Origin: Hormiphora californensis
Lineage: Eukaryota; Animalia; Ctenophora
Direction: 5' to 3'
Assembly (NCBI GenBank): GCA_020137815.1
Contig: CM035356.1
Span: forward strand, 6,076,001 to 6,140,000
Length of the DNA: 64,000 nucleotides
Shown here: positions 12,774 through 26,384 of the stretch, piece by piece
Position numbering within the stretch: position 1 is the stretch's first letter
Layout of the letters: every line of letters begins with the position of its first letter
Program-made: the position numbers and the translations under genes
Notes under the pieces: generated by a model
Told to the model about the DNA's origin: nothing
What the model saw: the letters and a program-made list of their open reading frames with translations, nothing else
Databases searched by the model: none

Positions 12774-15700
12774 ATGCGTCTACTCATTTTGTTGCTTCTC
12801 TTGCTCTCGGTAGGTATGATCATTGATCGTTTGAAATACATATTAATGACGTTAAGTTTGTATTATTTAGTTACATTTTACCGTTCCTAAAGTCACTTCT
12901 TTCTCTCTCTCCAGATCCTGTTCGTTGATGCAAGTGGGACATTCGAGATAAAGTTTCTAAAGTATAGTAATCCTGATTGTGATGATACATCAAGTGGTTG
13001 TGACTTTTACTTCGAAAACTTTCGAATCAGCATCGATGGAACCCCACGGGTCAATAAAGATGAAATAACTCTTCCAGATAACACAAACGTTGTGGATTTA
13101 ACAACTGTTCCGTACTTCAGTGGCGTTTTTTCGTTCAACTTCCCAGCAGACGCAACAGTTCGTATGAGCTGGGAAGTTTGGGAAGATGATAGTACTTCCG
13201 CTGATGACGAAATCCAAGATATTGATATTTCTATCCCTCTCTCAAACAAACAAGTCACTTCGAGTTTGAAGTCTAAAAAATATTCTGGAACAACAAAAGC
13301 AGGCAACACAGCTGTTCTGTCATTGGAATTCCGGATATCAGAATGTGATCCACGCTTTCAAGGCAAGGGATGTGGTGATTGTTGGAAAAAGTGGAAAGGT
13401 AAAAACTGTGATAGTTGCAGAGGTCACCGGAATGAGCAGGATGATTGTCGTACCTGTGACACTGGATGGGACATTGGGACAAACTGTACAAGCTGTGCTG
13501 TACACTATTATCCGGCTAATGATTGTTCCACTGAATGTATCGATAAGCCCAACCTAGGGAAATGTGACGACCAAGGGAAGTTAGTTTGTCAGCCCCATGT
13601 GATACCTGAAAACAACTGTGACACCTGTGAAAGAGGATGGGACATTGGGACAAACTGCACGACCTGTGCTGACAACTACTATCCTGCTGGAAACTGCTCT
13701 GTACACTGTGTCCCTACTCCTGGAATGTCGACCTGTGATGACCAGGGGATGTTGATCTGTGAGCCCCATGTGAAACCTCCGAACACTTGTGACCGTTGCG
13801 AAACAGGATGGGATATTGGGACAAAATGCAGCTCCTGTTCCCCAGATTTCTATCCAGCCGGGAACTGTTCGGTAAATTGTGTCTCTGTCCCAAACATGTC
13901 TTCTTGTGATGACCAGGGTACTCTGGTTTGTGAAGATCACGTAACAGGGGACAACTGTGACCGTTGTGAAAAAGAGTGGGACATTGGGACTAACTGTAAA
14001 AGCTGTGCTGACAACTATTATCCTGACGGTGTATGTGATACCCACTGTATCCCGACTCCTGGATTGTCGACCTGTGATGACCAGGGGAAGTTGATCTGTG
14101 AGCCCCATGTGAAACCTCCGAAAACCTGTAATTCCTGCGAAACAGGTTGGGACATTGGGACAAACTGTAAAAGCTGTGCTGACAACTACTATCCTGCTAG
14201 AAACTGTTCCGTAAAGTGTATCGAGACTCCTGGAATGTCAACCTGTACTGACCAAGGGACGTTAGTCTGCAAAAACCACGTCACAGGAAACTCCTGTGAT
14301 ACCTGTGATATTGGCTGGGATTTAGGATCACAATGCAGCTCCTGTTCCCCAGATTTCTATCCAGCCTGGAATTGTTCGGTAAATTGTGTCTCTGTCCCTA
14401 ACATGTCTTCTTGTGACAGCCAAGGTACTCTGGTTTGTAAGCCCCATGTCACAGGGGACAAATGTGACAAATGCCTGACAGGATGGGACATTGGGAAAAA
14501 CTGTAAAAGCTGTGCTGACCACTATTATCCTGCTGGAAACTGCTCTGTACTCTGCATCCCGACTCCTGGAATGTCGACCTGTGATGACCAGGGGATATTG
14601 ATCTGTGAGCCTCATGTGAAACCTGAAAACACCTGTGACACCTGTGAAACAGGCTGGGACGTCAAATCTCACTGTGGAACCTGTGCCCCTAATTTCTACC
14701 CGGCAGGGAATTGCTCTGTGAGCTGTACTGCTACTACAGGAAGATCAAAATGCGACAAAAACGGTACCTTGGTGTGTGATACCCCATTTTCTGGCCCCAA
14801 TTGTAGCAAGTGTGCCACCCACTATTATGGTACCTCCTGTGCAACGTTCTGCATGGACTCTGAGAGGTTCACATGCGACGGGAATGGCAGGAAGCAGTGT
14901 GCCACAAACTGGTTTGGGAATCACTGTGAACGGAAGTGTGTTCCTGACAACGACTTTCTGTGTACCAAGGAAGGGGAACGGGTGTGTGTTGAGGGAAGTT
15001 CAGCGAAGGAATGTAAGAAAAATGCAGTTCCAGTGGCTGCAATAGGAGGGGGTGTGGGTGGTGGACTCTTTCTGATCCTGTTCCTTGCCTTGGCCTTTTT
15101 AGCACTGTTTGTTCTTCGAAAACGAAGACGTGAGGCGAATAAAGGAAGTTCCTTAGGGGAGATACAGATGGATGTAGTAGTGAATCATCCGACACCACGT
15201 GCTATTTCACCACACAACGATTGTGATACTTACAACAAACTGGGTGAAATAAAACCAGTACAAGCAGACCCAGATGCCTACAACACATTAAATGAAGTCA
15301 GGGGAGATCCAGGAGCCTACAACACACTAAATGAGTTCAGACCAACTCTCGCAGAACCAGACGCCTACAATAAGCTCGGTGATTTCCAGAAACCGGTTGA
15401 GGATGAAGGTAGCTATGCTAAGTTTGAGCACCATCGTAGCGTCAAAAGAAGGCTGGTTAAGAAGGCACACCCCGGACCACCCGTTTATTCTACCGTTTGT
15501 AAAAACCAAGAAGTCGAATCTGAAGAACCACTGTACGCTGATAATGACGTCACTACAAATGAACCACTGTATGCTGATAATGACGTCACTACTGATGAAC
15601 CGCTGTATGCTGATAATGACGTCACTACTGAAGAACCGCTGTATGCTGATAATGACGTCACTACTGAAGAACCGCTGTACGCTGATAATGATATTGTAGG

Positions 15701-15878
15701 AGATATTGAGTGTATTGATCCGTTATATGCAGACAATGATATCATCACTGTACCAGATGAAGTTGGAGAAGATGAGACGCAGTATGCGTGTGTAGAGTTT
15801 TTTGGTAAAAAACAAAACCGTAGAGACAGTTTTGTTGAAGAAAACGCAGAGGCAACAATTTATAGTAATTTTAATTGA
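12774..15878 (+). CDS. DSL-repeat single-pass receptor 2 (~1000 aa): signal peptide, MNNL/C2-like domain, 8 tandem 56-57-aa Cys repeats plus 2 further DSL-like units, TM, tail with 14 Tyr motifs
   Basis: Exon 1 12774-12809 (MRLLILLLLLLS); exon 2 12915-15878 in frame with ORF 13092-15878. Units such as CATHYYGTSCATFCMDSERFTCDGNGRKQCATNWFGNHC fit DSL Cys spacing; TM AIGGGVGGGLFLILFLALAFLALFVL is followed by RKRRR. Confidence 0.92.
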
Positions 15879-15962
15879 TTTGTTTTGATGTTTTGTGTGT
15901 GACTTTATTTGGTTTGATCTGATTTCAATTGTGTTAAATGTGTTTTTCTTACTGTGTTTTAA

Positions 15963-16352
15963 GGCCAGAGGGGGGGGGGGGGGTCCGAGGGTCAAAAAAT
16001 GTACTTTTCTGAGGTTCACATATATGATGTAACTCGGTGGTAGGAAACTTTTGGGTAGGTTAGCTGCGCACCAAGTGTATCAGGAAGCCTTGTTTTTTGA
16101 GGTTAACTTTTGACCGAAAATGTAAGTTAACCTCAAAAATCTTGTATTTATGTCGCCTTCACAGATAAAAATGGTACCAATCGATAGATCTGATCAAGGA
16201 GACCAAATGTTTAAAGTTTCAGAGGTCTAAGCCATATAGTTGTTCGGATATTTGAGGTTAAATCGATTCCGAGTATGTCATCTGGTCCGGCTCTTCGAGC
16301 CGGACCAGATACCGAAAGTGACTTTTTATACCCCCGGACCCCCCCTCTGGCC
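15963..16352. mobile_element. MITE with TTAA TSD and GG...CC termini (Kolobok-like)
   Basis: TIR GGCCAGAGGGGGG..GTCCG / CGGACCCCCCCTCTGGCC, TTAA on both sides; empty site visible in the paralogous flank at ~10997. Confidence 0.85.
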
Positions 16353-16401
16353 TTAACTCCCATAATGACCTGTTTCAAAGCTAGTTCTTCAATGACAGGA
16401 A

Positions 16402-17621
16402 ATGGCCGTGTACCGGTGCAGTTGGCGGATCCTAATTCTTCTTCTTCTCATTCAATCAATGGTAGGAACACAAAACGGTTTTTAATTAGTAAATGATGCA
16501 TTGCATAGAACTGTTAATTTACCGCTATCCATTTTCAGGCGGTAGTCCTAAGGGGAAGTGGAGATTTGTCAATAAAGTTTCTAAATTACAGTTACGCAGA
16601 CTGCAAGGATTATTATGGTTGTGACTTTGTTTTCCGAAAATTCTCCCTCTCTATTGGGAGCAAATCGCTCCTGTACAAAGACAAGATCACACTTACAGCG
16701 AACACTAATGTTGTTAACTTGACAAAACTGGATTACTTTAAAAGCCCCTTCAATTTCAACTTCACTTCACCTGCCTCTTTAAACATATCACTGTCCGTTT
16801 ATGAAGAGGATAATTCCGGGGAAGATTTTGTGGAATCAATATCACGGATAGAGAACCTGGGAGACAAGCTTGAAGGGATCTGGTACCATGGAAATGCTAC
16901 AGGCGGAAAGGGAACGATATCCTACGAAATGCTGGTCAGCTGTGATTCACACTTTCAAGGGAAGGGATGTGGGGATTGTAAGGGCAAGTGGGAAGGAACC
17001 AACTGTGATATTTGCAGAGGAAACTGGAAGGAACCTGGTTGTGAGACCTGTTATATTGGCTGGGATGGAGATGAATGTACCACTTGTGATACAAACTACT
17101 ATCCAGCTGGAAACTGCTCTGTGATCTGCACCCCAACTCCTGGTATGTCGACCTGTGATGACCAGGGACAGTTGATCTGTGAGCTCCATGTAACAGGAGA
17201 CACCTGTGACACCTGTGAAACAGGATGGAATGGGACACAATGTGAGGTGTGTGTAACTTCTTGTAAACAACCCATCTTCCTAATTATCGGTACAGTGCTT
17301 TCAGTCCTCTTCGTGGTTACCATGGTTACCATGGTAACGGTTTTCTTCCTCCGGAATTTTAAATCTCGTGATGATGATGCAGATGTTGTGATTGTAATGA
17401 ATCCCGTGGAGAACACAGAGGATACATTATATAACAGATTGGGGGAGTTTCAGCAACCTCTAGATGCAGAACAAAGTTACTCGACGCTCAACCAGTGCAA
17501 TGTAGGAAGAACTTCAACTGAGTTGTATGCAGAGGTAGAGTTTTTAGGGAAGTCTGGCGGAGTTCATGGTGGGACAAAACCAGATGTGATTAAACCGACG
17601 GTGTACTCTAAATTTACTTGA
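16402..17621 (+). CDS. DSL-repeat single-pass receptor 3 (one DSL-like unit, TM, tail with YNRL, YSTL, YAEV, YSKF)
   Basis: Exon 1 16402-16461 (MAVYRCSWRILILLLLIQSM); exon 2 16539-17621 (AVVLRGSGDLSIKFLNYS...) in frame with ORF 16566-17621. Confidence 0.9.
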
Positions 17622-17739
17622 TTTTTGATCATCTATGAAAATAAATTTTACTACATACCATGTGTGGTAACAGCTTGGTATTAAAATGAACATGTTCAAT
17701 GTTTTCTTTTGCAGTCGATAGCTTACATGGATAGGATAA

Positions 17740-17975
<236 letters not shown>

Positions 17976-18594
17976 GTGTCAAGAGTATACAGTGTAAGAA
18001 AGATTTGTGGATAGGAAGTACTTTGTTTCTTCTATGAGGTTGTGCATATTAATATATTAGCTGTGAGCTAAGCTGAGATCAGGAGGCTTTTCTGCTACTC
18101 AACTAAAATATTATCTAGCTGTCAGTTGTCACAAGTGGCAAGATATACGTGTGGTATAACAGCAGCCTGCAGCAGCTCAATACGTGTAAATTGTTTTTCC
18201 ATACTTTATTGCTCTGTACATTAATATTGTTGTTTTCTAATCATTTTATAATTGTTAAAATGCCGGGTTTTCTTTTTTGAGTTTTGAGTTTTGACTTTTG
18301 GCTAACTAAGAGTTAAGAGAGGTAATGATGTATGCCGCGTTGCAATTGGAGAATGCATAGTACTAGCATTTGAGCAGGCAGAAAGACGGATAGGGTTACA
18401 AAAATTAAGAATGTGAGCTTCTTTTGGATCTCGCCTCTCTCTCCGTGCCTTCTCCTGTTTTTTGTGTTGTCATGGCAAACGTTACAAATCCATGCCCTAA
18501 TCTTACCACTTGACCTAGCACTTTTATTGGCTTACAACTATTTCATCTGCTTTAGCTTGTATTGAATGTAGCGGTGTCATGTAAAATACTCATC

Positions 18595-20401
18595 ATGTTA
18601 TCTGTCCACCATCTCTTCACATGGATACTGGCCGTGTTCCTTATTCCGGTAAGATACATCAATTGTTTAACAGGATACAGCGAAAAACGCTGTTTTTGGG
18701 TAAACTCATTTCATCAAATAAAATAGTTAAAACTGCGAAAAATAGAATCGTCACGAACCACAATAAGCATTGTTTTCGTTTTATGTATGTACATCGTGTT
18801 ATGTTTGTTATCATTTCTAGGTTGTTCTATCTGGAGGAACGGTAAAGGTTGAATACAGGAGTTTCAAATACGATGGATGTTCAGCCCACACTTCTACATG
18901 TCAGATGAAGCTAACAGATTTTCAACTACTTATTGACAGTGTTGCCATTGTCAACAAGAATGAGGTTACCCTACCAGCTGGAAACCCGGTGACACTGTCC
19001 GATGTTGACTTTTTAAATTACCCTTATATAAAACAGTTTAGTGACGCGAATGGAAAAGTTGAAATCTACTTTAAAGCATATGACATCACCAGTGGTACTC
19101 CAGGTCAATTGATAGACAATGTTACTGAGAACATTGGGTTCCATCAGTTTGATATGTCTACAACAATAGACTGGAAACAAAGGGCTCGCACAAGGCATTT
19201 TTATAACGGCTATGAGTCACAATTTTTATTTTGGGTCGAGATTACAAAATGCGGTGATAACTTCACAGGACCTGGATGTGGTGATTGCAAAGAGCACTAC
19301 TATACAACTGAGTGTGATGTGTACTGCAAACCAGTTACAAATCAGTACAACTGTATCGGAGAGGGTGTCAGGGAGTGTCTGGGTAACTTTGGGCCAGCAG
19401 GAAACTGCGAGAAGTGTAACAAGGGGTGGAAAGGCACAAAGTGTAATACCTGTGCAGATGGCTGGACAGGGAAGGAATGCGACACTTGTGATACAAACTA
19501 CTATCCTGAAGGAGATTGCTCTGTGAACTGCATCCCTACTGTAATGTTCACATGTAATAACCAAGGGGAGCGGGTCTGTGAAGATCACGTAACAGGGGAC
19601 AACTGTGACAGTTGTGAAAAAGAGTGGGACATTGGGACTAACTGTACAAGTTGTGCTGACAACTACTATCCTGCCGGTGTATGCAATGTTGAATGTAACC
19701 CAGAAGCCAACTTTACATGCTTGGATACAGGAGATAAAAGTTGTACTGAAAACTACTATCCTGAAGGCGTATGCGATACTTTATGTGTCCCGAACTTCAA
19801 CTTTTCCTGCCTGGCAACAGGAGAGAAAGCCTGTACGGAGGAGAGTCTAGCCGAGGAATGCCAAAAAGAAAGTCTTCCTGTGGCAGCGATTGGCGGAGGG
19901 ATAGGTGGTATTCTGGTTATCCTTGTGATAGTATTAGTCGTTGTGGTGATCCTCAAATGGAGGGGAGGACTCGGTGAAAAGAAATCTGCATCACCCGTTG
20001 CCATGTCAACCCTTGAACCACATGAGGAGCCGCCCTACAGCACAGTGATCAAGAACAGGACAACACCAGAAGATAGCGCTCCAGTGTACGCTACGGTAAA
20101 CAAAAAGAACGAAGACCCAGGACCGCTGTACAGCACCCCAGGATCGGCCGCTGCAGCTCCACTTTACAGTACCCCAGACAAGAACGGGGAACCACTCTAC
20201 AGCACACCAGATAAGGGAGCTCCACTTTACAGCTCCCCCAGAAATGACGAGCCATTATACGCTGACAACGATCCGGCCGATCAGTATGCTACTGTGGAGT
20301 TCTTTGGCAATAGAGAGACTCTGGAGAGGGGGAGGCAAGAGAGGGAGGATGAGGAAGGGGTGGGAGGAGAAGAGACTCTTTACGCCAGGATGGGCCTTTA
20401 G
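18595..20401 (+). CDS. DSL-repeat single-pass receptor 4 (~4 DSL-like units, TM, tail with 9 Tyr motifs: YSTV, YATV, 3x YSTP, YSSP, EPLYAD, YATV, YARM)
   Basis: Exon 1 18595-18648 (MLSVHHLFTWILAVFLIP, gtaag donor); exon 2 18821-20401 (VVLSGGTVKVEYRSFKY...) in frame with ORF 18905-20401. Confidence 0.9.
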
Positions 20402-20646
20402 GAAAACAATGTACATCATAACGTGAACTGAATTGTGTTTTTTTCTCTAGTTTTGCTACTGTAAATACATTGATTGTGTAAGTTTGACTTGATTACTACT
20501 GATTTCCCATCTCTTTATAAATGAATAAATTACTTTACAGAATAAATATATCTGTCTCTTGATTTATATTTGAAAAAGCACAGTCCTCCAATGATAATAC
20601 CAGTTGTGTGGTTGAGAAATTTCAACGTTTGCGTTGTTCTCCCGTG

Positions 20647-21587
20647 TAGTAGGGTCGGTTGTGGGAAGTTGGGTCTGGAATTTTAAATTTGACTTGCTGA
20701 TATGATTAGGGACTCTATAAAAAGTCCAAAGTACCATCCCACAGGTCTCTACCACCCCCGGTTCACTAATTATTCGTAATTATGTGATTTATGACGTTAT
20801 CACCAATTAGCACTAATAATACCAGTTCCTGGTCACTTAGAGCTTAGATTTTGATACCAGCTGATAGAGGATCACTAGATTAGTGGGCATTCAAAATTTT
20901 AGGTCGATCAGAGTTATGGTCGAGGAGTTATAACCGTTTTTCCGTTTGGCTGGCGGTTGGCTGGCACCACGTGGGATTACGGGTTTAGGTCGTCGTGGGA
21001 GGTCGTCATTGGTCGCGTTCGATCGGGCTCGATGAGGTGATCAAAACCTAGTGGGGCCAGACCTTGGCCCCACCCCGTTCTTGGGTTATTAGGCTTTTTC
21101 GGTTTCCCGCCAAAATATTTTCCCGCCAAAACCGAAAAAGCCTAATAACCCAAGAACGGGGTGGGGCCAAGGTCTGGCCCCACTAGGTTTTGATCACCTC
21201 ATCGAGCCCGATCGAACGCGACCAATGACGACCTCCCACGACGACCTAAACCCGTAATCCCACGTGGTGCCAGCCAACCGCCAGCCAAACGGAAAAACGG
21301 TTATAACTCCTCGACCATAACTCTGATCGACCTAAAATTTTGAATGCCCACTAATCTAGTGATCCTCTATCAGCTGGTATCAAAATCTAAGCTCTAAGTG
21401 ACCAGGAACTGGTATTATTAGTGCTAATTGGTGATAACGTCATAAATCACATAATTACGAATAATTAGTGAACCGGGGGTGGTAGAGACCTGCGGGATGG
21501 TGCTTTGGACTTTTCATAGAGTCCCTACTCATATCAGCAAGTCAAATTTAAAATTCCAGACCCAACTTCCCACAACCGACCCTACTA
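20647..21587. mobile_element. 941-bp fold-back element with ~460-bp near-perfect arms, TAGT...ACTA termini, 3-bp TSD GTG; Academ-like
   Basis: 20647-21105 is the reverse complement of 21129-21587 with only a few mismatches; GTG at 20644-20646 and 21588-21590. Confidence 0.9.
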
Positions 21588-22093
21588 GTGAAAAGTTAAT
21601 AAATAACACTCTGTGTCACATACGGTGGGCCTGCAGCCTCGGATAGAATTAACAACTTTTTGCGGAATTTTTCATTAGATGCAGAACTTAACAGAATGAG
21701 TGATTATTTCAAATGTGTTTCCAACCAAAAAGGAACATCGTTGAACGATTTTGAAATTATTGCGTACTTAGAATATCTGTAGATTGTTTTGTCATTGTAT
21801 GTACTTACAAATATCCGTTTCCTGAAGATCCGCATTCTCAACAATCCACTCGACACCAACATTCTCTAAATACCTGCATTCCATTCTTTAGCTACAATTA
21901 TAGTAAAATTAAAAGTTTGATTAACTTGATTCGGAAGTGCCGTGTTGTTCAAACTTTGTAAGCGACAGTTCGCGAAAGTCTTTGATTAAAAAACTCATAA
22001 ATGATTGTGGAAATTGTACAAATGCGATTATTTACAAGACTGTACATTAAATCTGAAAATATACACTTGGCTTATCTTACACACAATAATATA

Positions 22094-22334
22094 CCTTACT
22101 CTCGTTAATTAAGCTCGCATATTTCAAGAAACTTTTAAATAAGAAACTTTTTTTCTGGGAAACTACAGGTGTAAACAATCCAAAAACAAAAAGAATTTCT
22201 CCTTTATCAAGAAACTAAACAAGTTAGGGGTGTTCTATTTTGTTGTGGTGTCTCTGAATTATGTGATTCACATTTGAAAAGTTTCTTATAAAAAAGTTTC
22301 TTACTAAAGCGTTTCTTAAAAAATGAGAGTAAGG
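22094..22334. mobile_element. Small Tc1/mariner-type MITE
   Basis: TA-CCTTACTCTC...GAGAGTAAGG-TA, with inverted internal aagaaacttt/aaagtttctt repeats. Confidence 0.6.
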
Positions 22335-22486
22335 TATACATGAACTTGTTTTAGTTTTGTATCAAAAATAAACGGTAAACCTCTAAAATGTGATCCACGT
22401 AAACTCAATTTAAAATATAATAATAGTTCATACTATACTGGTATACTGATTCTAAATTTATCTAAGTTCTAAGTCCATACTCTCTC

Positions 22487-25400
22487 TCAGCTACAGATAA
22501 TCTGGTGTTCCAACCATGCTTTTCCTTGACAGGACTTGTTACAATAATGAACCTTGTCACAGCCCTTACACACCGGCATACGCGTCTTCTTAGTGCCACA
22601 TGAACCTGAGGTGTGGAGGTTTTTTATATGGGCAAGGATCACTTTCCAAAGTTGGTGACGCAGTCACCCCTCCACTACTAGCCGCACGAAGTGCGGCAAA
22701 CGAAGCGGGCTGAGTGGAGGGGGTGGCATCACCAATTTCCAAAGCTACCAAAGTCGTATCAAAGAAAAATGTACATTTCATCTTCTTCTTGTCCGTCTTG
22801 TCTCACATCTCTGTCTCCCTATAATATCTCTACCACCCTATCTCTTGCTACTCAACAACCTCGGTATCCCTGTATCCCTGCCTCCATATTTCTCTTTCCT
22901 TACATTTTCTCCTGATTGTTGTTCCTATACCTCACCATGACTTCTTCCCTCCCTACTCACCACAAGAAACTCTCTGATCACGAAGGATCTCTTGTTCCTT
23001 CAAGGGGGAGTGTTGTTGGCTCAGGTCATCTGCATACTTGTCAAGGTTTATCATGAACCTATAATCAGTTGGGAGACAGAGCGAGTAAGGGATTAATTAG
23101 ATAGCGAGTGAGGGATGGAAGAAGCATCTTAACTTGCTAAAAGATCTTGACCGTTGTGCAGCGGGAAAAGTAATATATGTCTAACGGTTGAGACGTTTAA
23201 AAAAGTAAAGCCCAGCTTGCAAAATATCTAAAACTCATCACTACACCACCTTGTAGAGACTTGACTCTATTAATAGTGTCAGTCAGACATTGACACATAT
23301 TATACCGCCAAATAACACATGTACGACGTACGTGTACGGCACAGGTTTATGCAATAAGACAATGATATGAACTGTGGTTGGGCCTCGATTTACAGGGCTG
23401 CTCGGGGGAAGTTTATCGAAGATTTAACCATATCACCAACCTGTTCGTCTCTGTGCTAAGCGGATCTAGTACCAACGTCAAAGTGGTCCTAACTATGGGA
23501 AACACCCTGTACTAACCTGTCGAAGTGGTCCCGGCCATGTTCAATGGAACACTTAGGTCGGATAGCGTGTAGTTTCTCCTGAGGATAGAGCGCCAGAAAC
23601 TTCTCAACGGCACCCTCATCAGGTCCGTAGAGTAGGCAGTGGTCTAGTAGCCGGGCCATACTGTCACACAGCACTACGTTATTTACCGCCTGTAGGGGTT
23701 TACAATAATAATACACGTACTTTAGTAAATAGTCGGATTTTTTGAAAACCGTCCGCCCCTTTTTTGCGTGCGGTGTCCCCCTACCATCAGTCTGGACTCT
23801 GGCGCCGCAGACCCCATCTGAACGCACTGTCTGAGAATCAAATCGGAGTCTGGCGCCGCCACACAGCTTACCGTTGTTATCAGCAGAAGATCATGACCAA
23901 GGAGACTCAGAACACGAGTGCTAAGGTCGGTGTTTCCAAGTATCAGGTGTGATAGGCAACTCAGTGTCCGTTCCAGTAACAATATTGTCTGATCTTTTGG
24001 GTCGTTCTCAGTCATTTCCTCCCTGAGAAAAAGAGAGAAAGAGAGTGAGTGAGAGCGAGAGAGAGTGAGAGTGTGAGAGAGGGAGAGTGAGTGAGAGAGA
24101 GAGAGAGAATTTTTTAACTTGCTTCACTGAGATTGAAGGAGGGGTGATGTACATTCGACACATGGTAGAGGGAAATGTCGCTGCAGTACTGTGTACAGGT
24201 GGCTGCAGCCTAATCTAGGATGTTCCAAACACAATTGTGACGCTCATTTTCTATCTAGAACTCTAGAACATTCTCATCTCGCGGAATGAGAAGATTCTCA
24301 TCTCGCAATTCAATCATCTCAAAACCATTCATTATGTTATAGCCACGTCTAGCTCAATCCAGACCTATTTCTCTCTCCAGTGGATCGGAAAAGAGAATCT
24401 GGGCTCTGGTACAAACTAGACATATAGTTGCAAGAACCGTTCTCGAGACAACCTAACCTGATCATATTGTATAAGTGAGCACTGTCAAAAGGTATGATGT
24501 CATGTACATTGAGGGTGATGTCCCTAGTAGTATAGATTTATACCTTGAGGGAGAGAACTTGAGGACATAGCTCATTCTAGTTGTGAATCTCTTACAGAGT
24601 GTCCCAACTATATCCAGGGACCAAATCCTCCGTCTATAGACGCCCTTCTTAGCGAGCTCAGTTAGGACAGAGAGTGATCCCACTCTGAGACTACCCAAGG
24701 GTGGTATACACCCCACTGGCTCCTTCAGAAAGGGTGTCCCTGAGGTTTCCTCCTCTTCCAGGTACACCAGCCTATCTGGATCAGGGGGTAATGGGAGTTG
24801 AAGAAACTATTGAGGGGCAATGGGAGTTGAAGAAACTATTTATATTGAGGGGTAATGGGATGTTGAACAAACCATTATACATAGGGTGCGGGTCAACAGA
24901 TAAAGGTGGAAAGTGCAATAATGGGAAGAAAGTCAGTTGGCTAAATCAACATTGAATGTGATAAGAGACCCAATAGTCGCGCAATGGTCACCCCCTATGA
25001 ACCTACCTGTGTTGGGTGAGTCAGACACGACAACATAGCACAGCACCTCTCCCCCCTATGAACCTACCTGTGTTGGGTGAGTCAGACACGACAACATAGC
25101 ACAGCACCTCTCCCCCATGACTATACCTGTGTTGGGTGAGTCAGACACGACAACATAGCACAGCACCTCTCCCCTATGAACCTACCTGTGTTGGGTGAGT
25201 CAGACACGACAACATAGCACAGCACCTCTCCCCCATGACTATACCTGTGTTGGGTGAGTCAGACACGACAACATAGCACAGCACCTCTCCCCCCATGACT
25301 ATACCTGTGTTGGGTGAGTCAGACACGACAACATAGCACAGCACCTCTCCCCCATGACTATACCTGTGTTGGGTGAGTCAGACACGACAACATAGCACAG

Positions 25401-26053
25401 CACCTCTCCCCCCATGACTATACCTGTGTTGGGTGAGTCAGACACGACAACATAGCACAGCACCTCTCCCCCCCATGACTATACCTGTGTTGGGGGAGTC
25501 AGACACGACAACATAGCACAGCACCTCTCCCCCATGACTATACCTGTGTTGGGTGAGTCAGACACGACAACATAGCACAGCACCTCTCCCCCATGACTAT
25601 ACCTGTGTTGGGTGAGTCAGACACGACAACATAGCACAGCACCTCGACACCACCAGCTGCCAGGAACAGGTTCACATTGTTGTACACCTACAGCACGGTG
25701 GGTGTAATGTAACCACAGTACGGGGAGGGTAGTCATGGTAACAATTCAACCACAGGGGGTGGGGGTGGTCACATCTTTCCAACAAGGGTGTGGATAAAAT
25801 AATTTATCAAGACACGGGCATATAATGATTGAGACACTTATAGGTCTCGACCCTTTTGAAGTATGTATGTTTCAAATGCCCTTGTAATTGTTGTAAATGC
25901 AGTTCTCGCGAGTTTACAATTGTTTACCTTGGTTTTCTGGATATTTTCCAGAATATTCCACCTATGAAACACATCAACATCTTCATCGCACAGGAGATCC
26001 AACTCCGATTTGAAGGTTACAAAGTCTTTAGGGTTCAGGGAACCGCCCTCCAT
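22487..26053 (-). CDS. Helical (ARM-like) protein with C-terminal MYND zinc finger, multi-exon
   Basis: Exons ~25928-26053, ~25603-25687, ~24460-24775, ~23870-24020, ~23517-23689, 22961-23058 and 22487-22605. The last two splice to VSCGSCGTKKTRMPVCKGCDKVHYCNKSCQGKAWLEHQIICS*, the zf-MYND pattern. Confidence 0.75.
24990..25645. repeat. 11 x ~59-bp tandem repeat, each unit = last ~43 nt of an exon plus its GT donor (zf-MYND gene)
   Basis: Unit acctgtgttgggtgagtcagacacgacaacatagcacagcacctctcccccatgactat; the rightmost copy continues into unique coding sequence. Confidence 0.9.
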
Positions 26054-26384
26054 TGTAATTAAAATTAGTTATCCCTAATCACATACAAACCTGTTCGATA
26101 TAATTGATATTTTAGTATGTAATGAATGTAATGGAGAGAATGAATCAAATCCTTCATGGTTGTATGCAGCTGTTTGAGCAAGTAAAACACGATAAATTTA
26201 AATCAAAAATTTTGAGTAAATTAATAATCATAATGTAACATTTCCAAATATAATATTTCACGGGGTAATTATTAAGCGAACTAACAATGTAATTTTGCAA
26301 TCATTCAAATTAAACAAAATCAATATAAACCATCTATTCCCTAACGGTTCTTATGTCTGAATAATATATAATAATATACGTCAT

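Noticed and set aside
24990-25645. CRISPR-like appearance of regular repeats (also 56197-56766)
   Set aside because: No unique spacers, eukaryotic context, and the units derive from exon/donor sequence.
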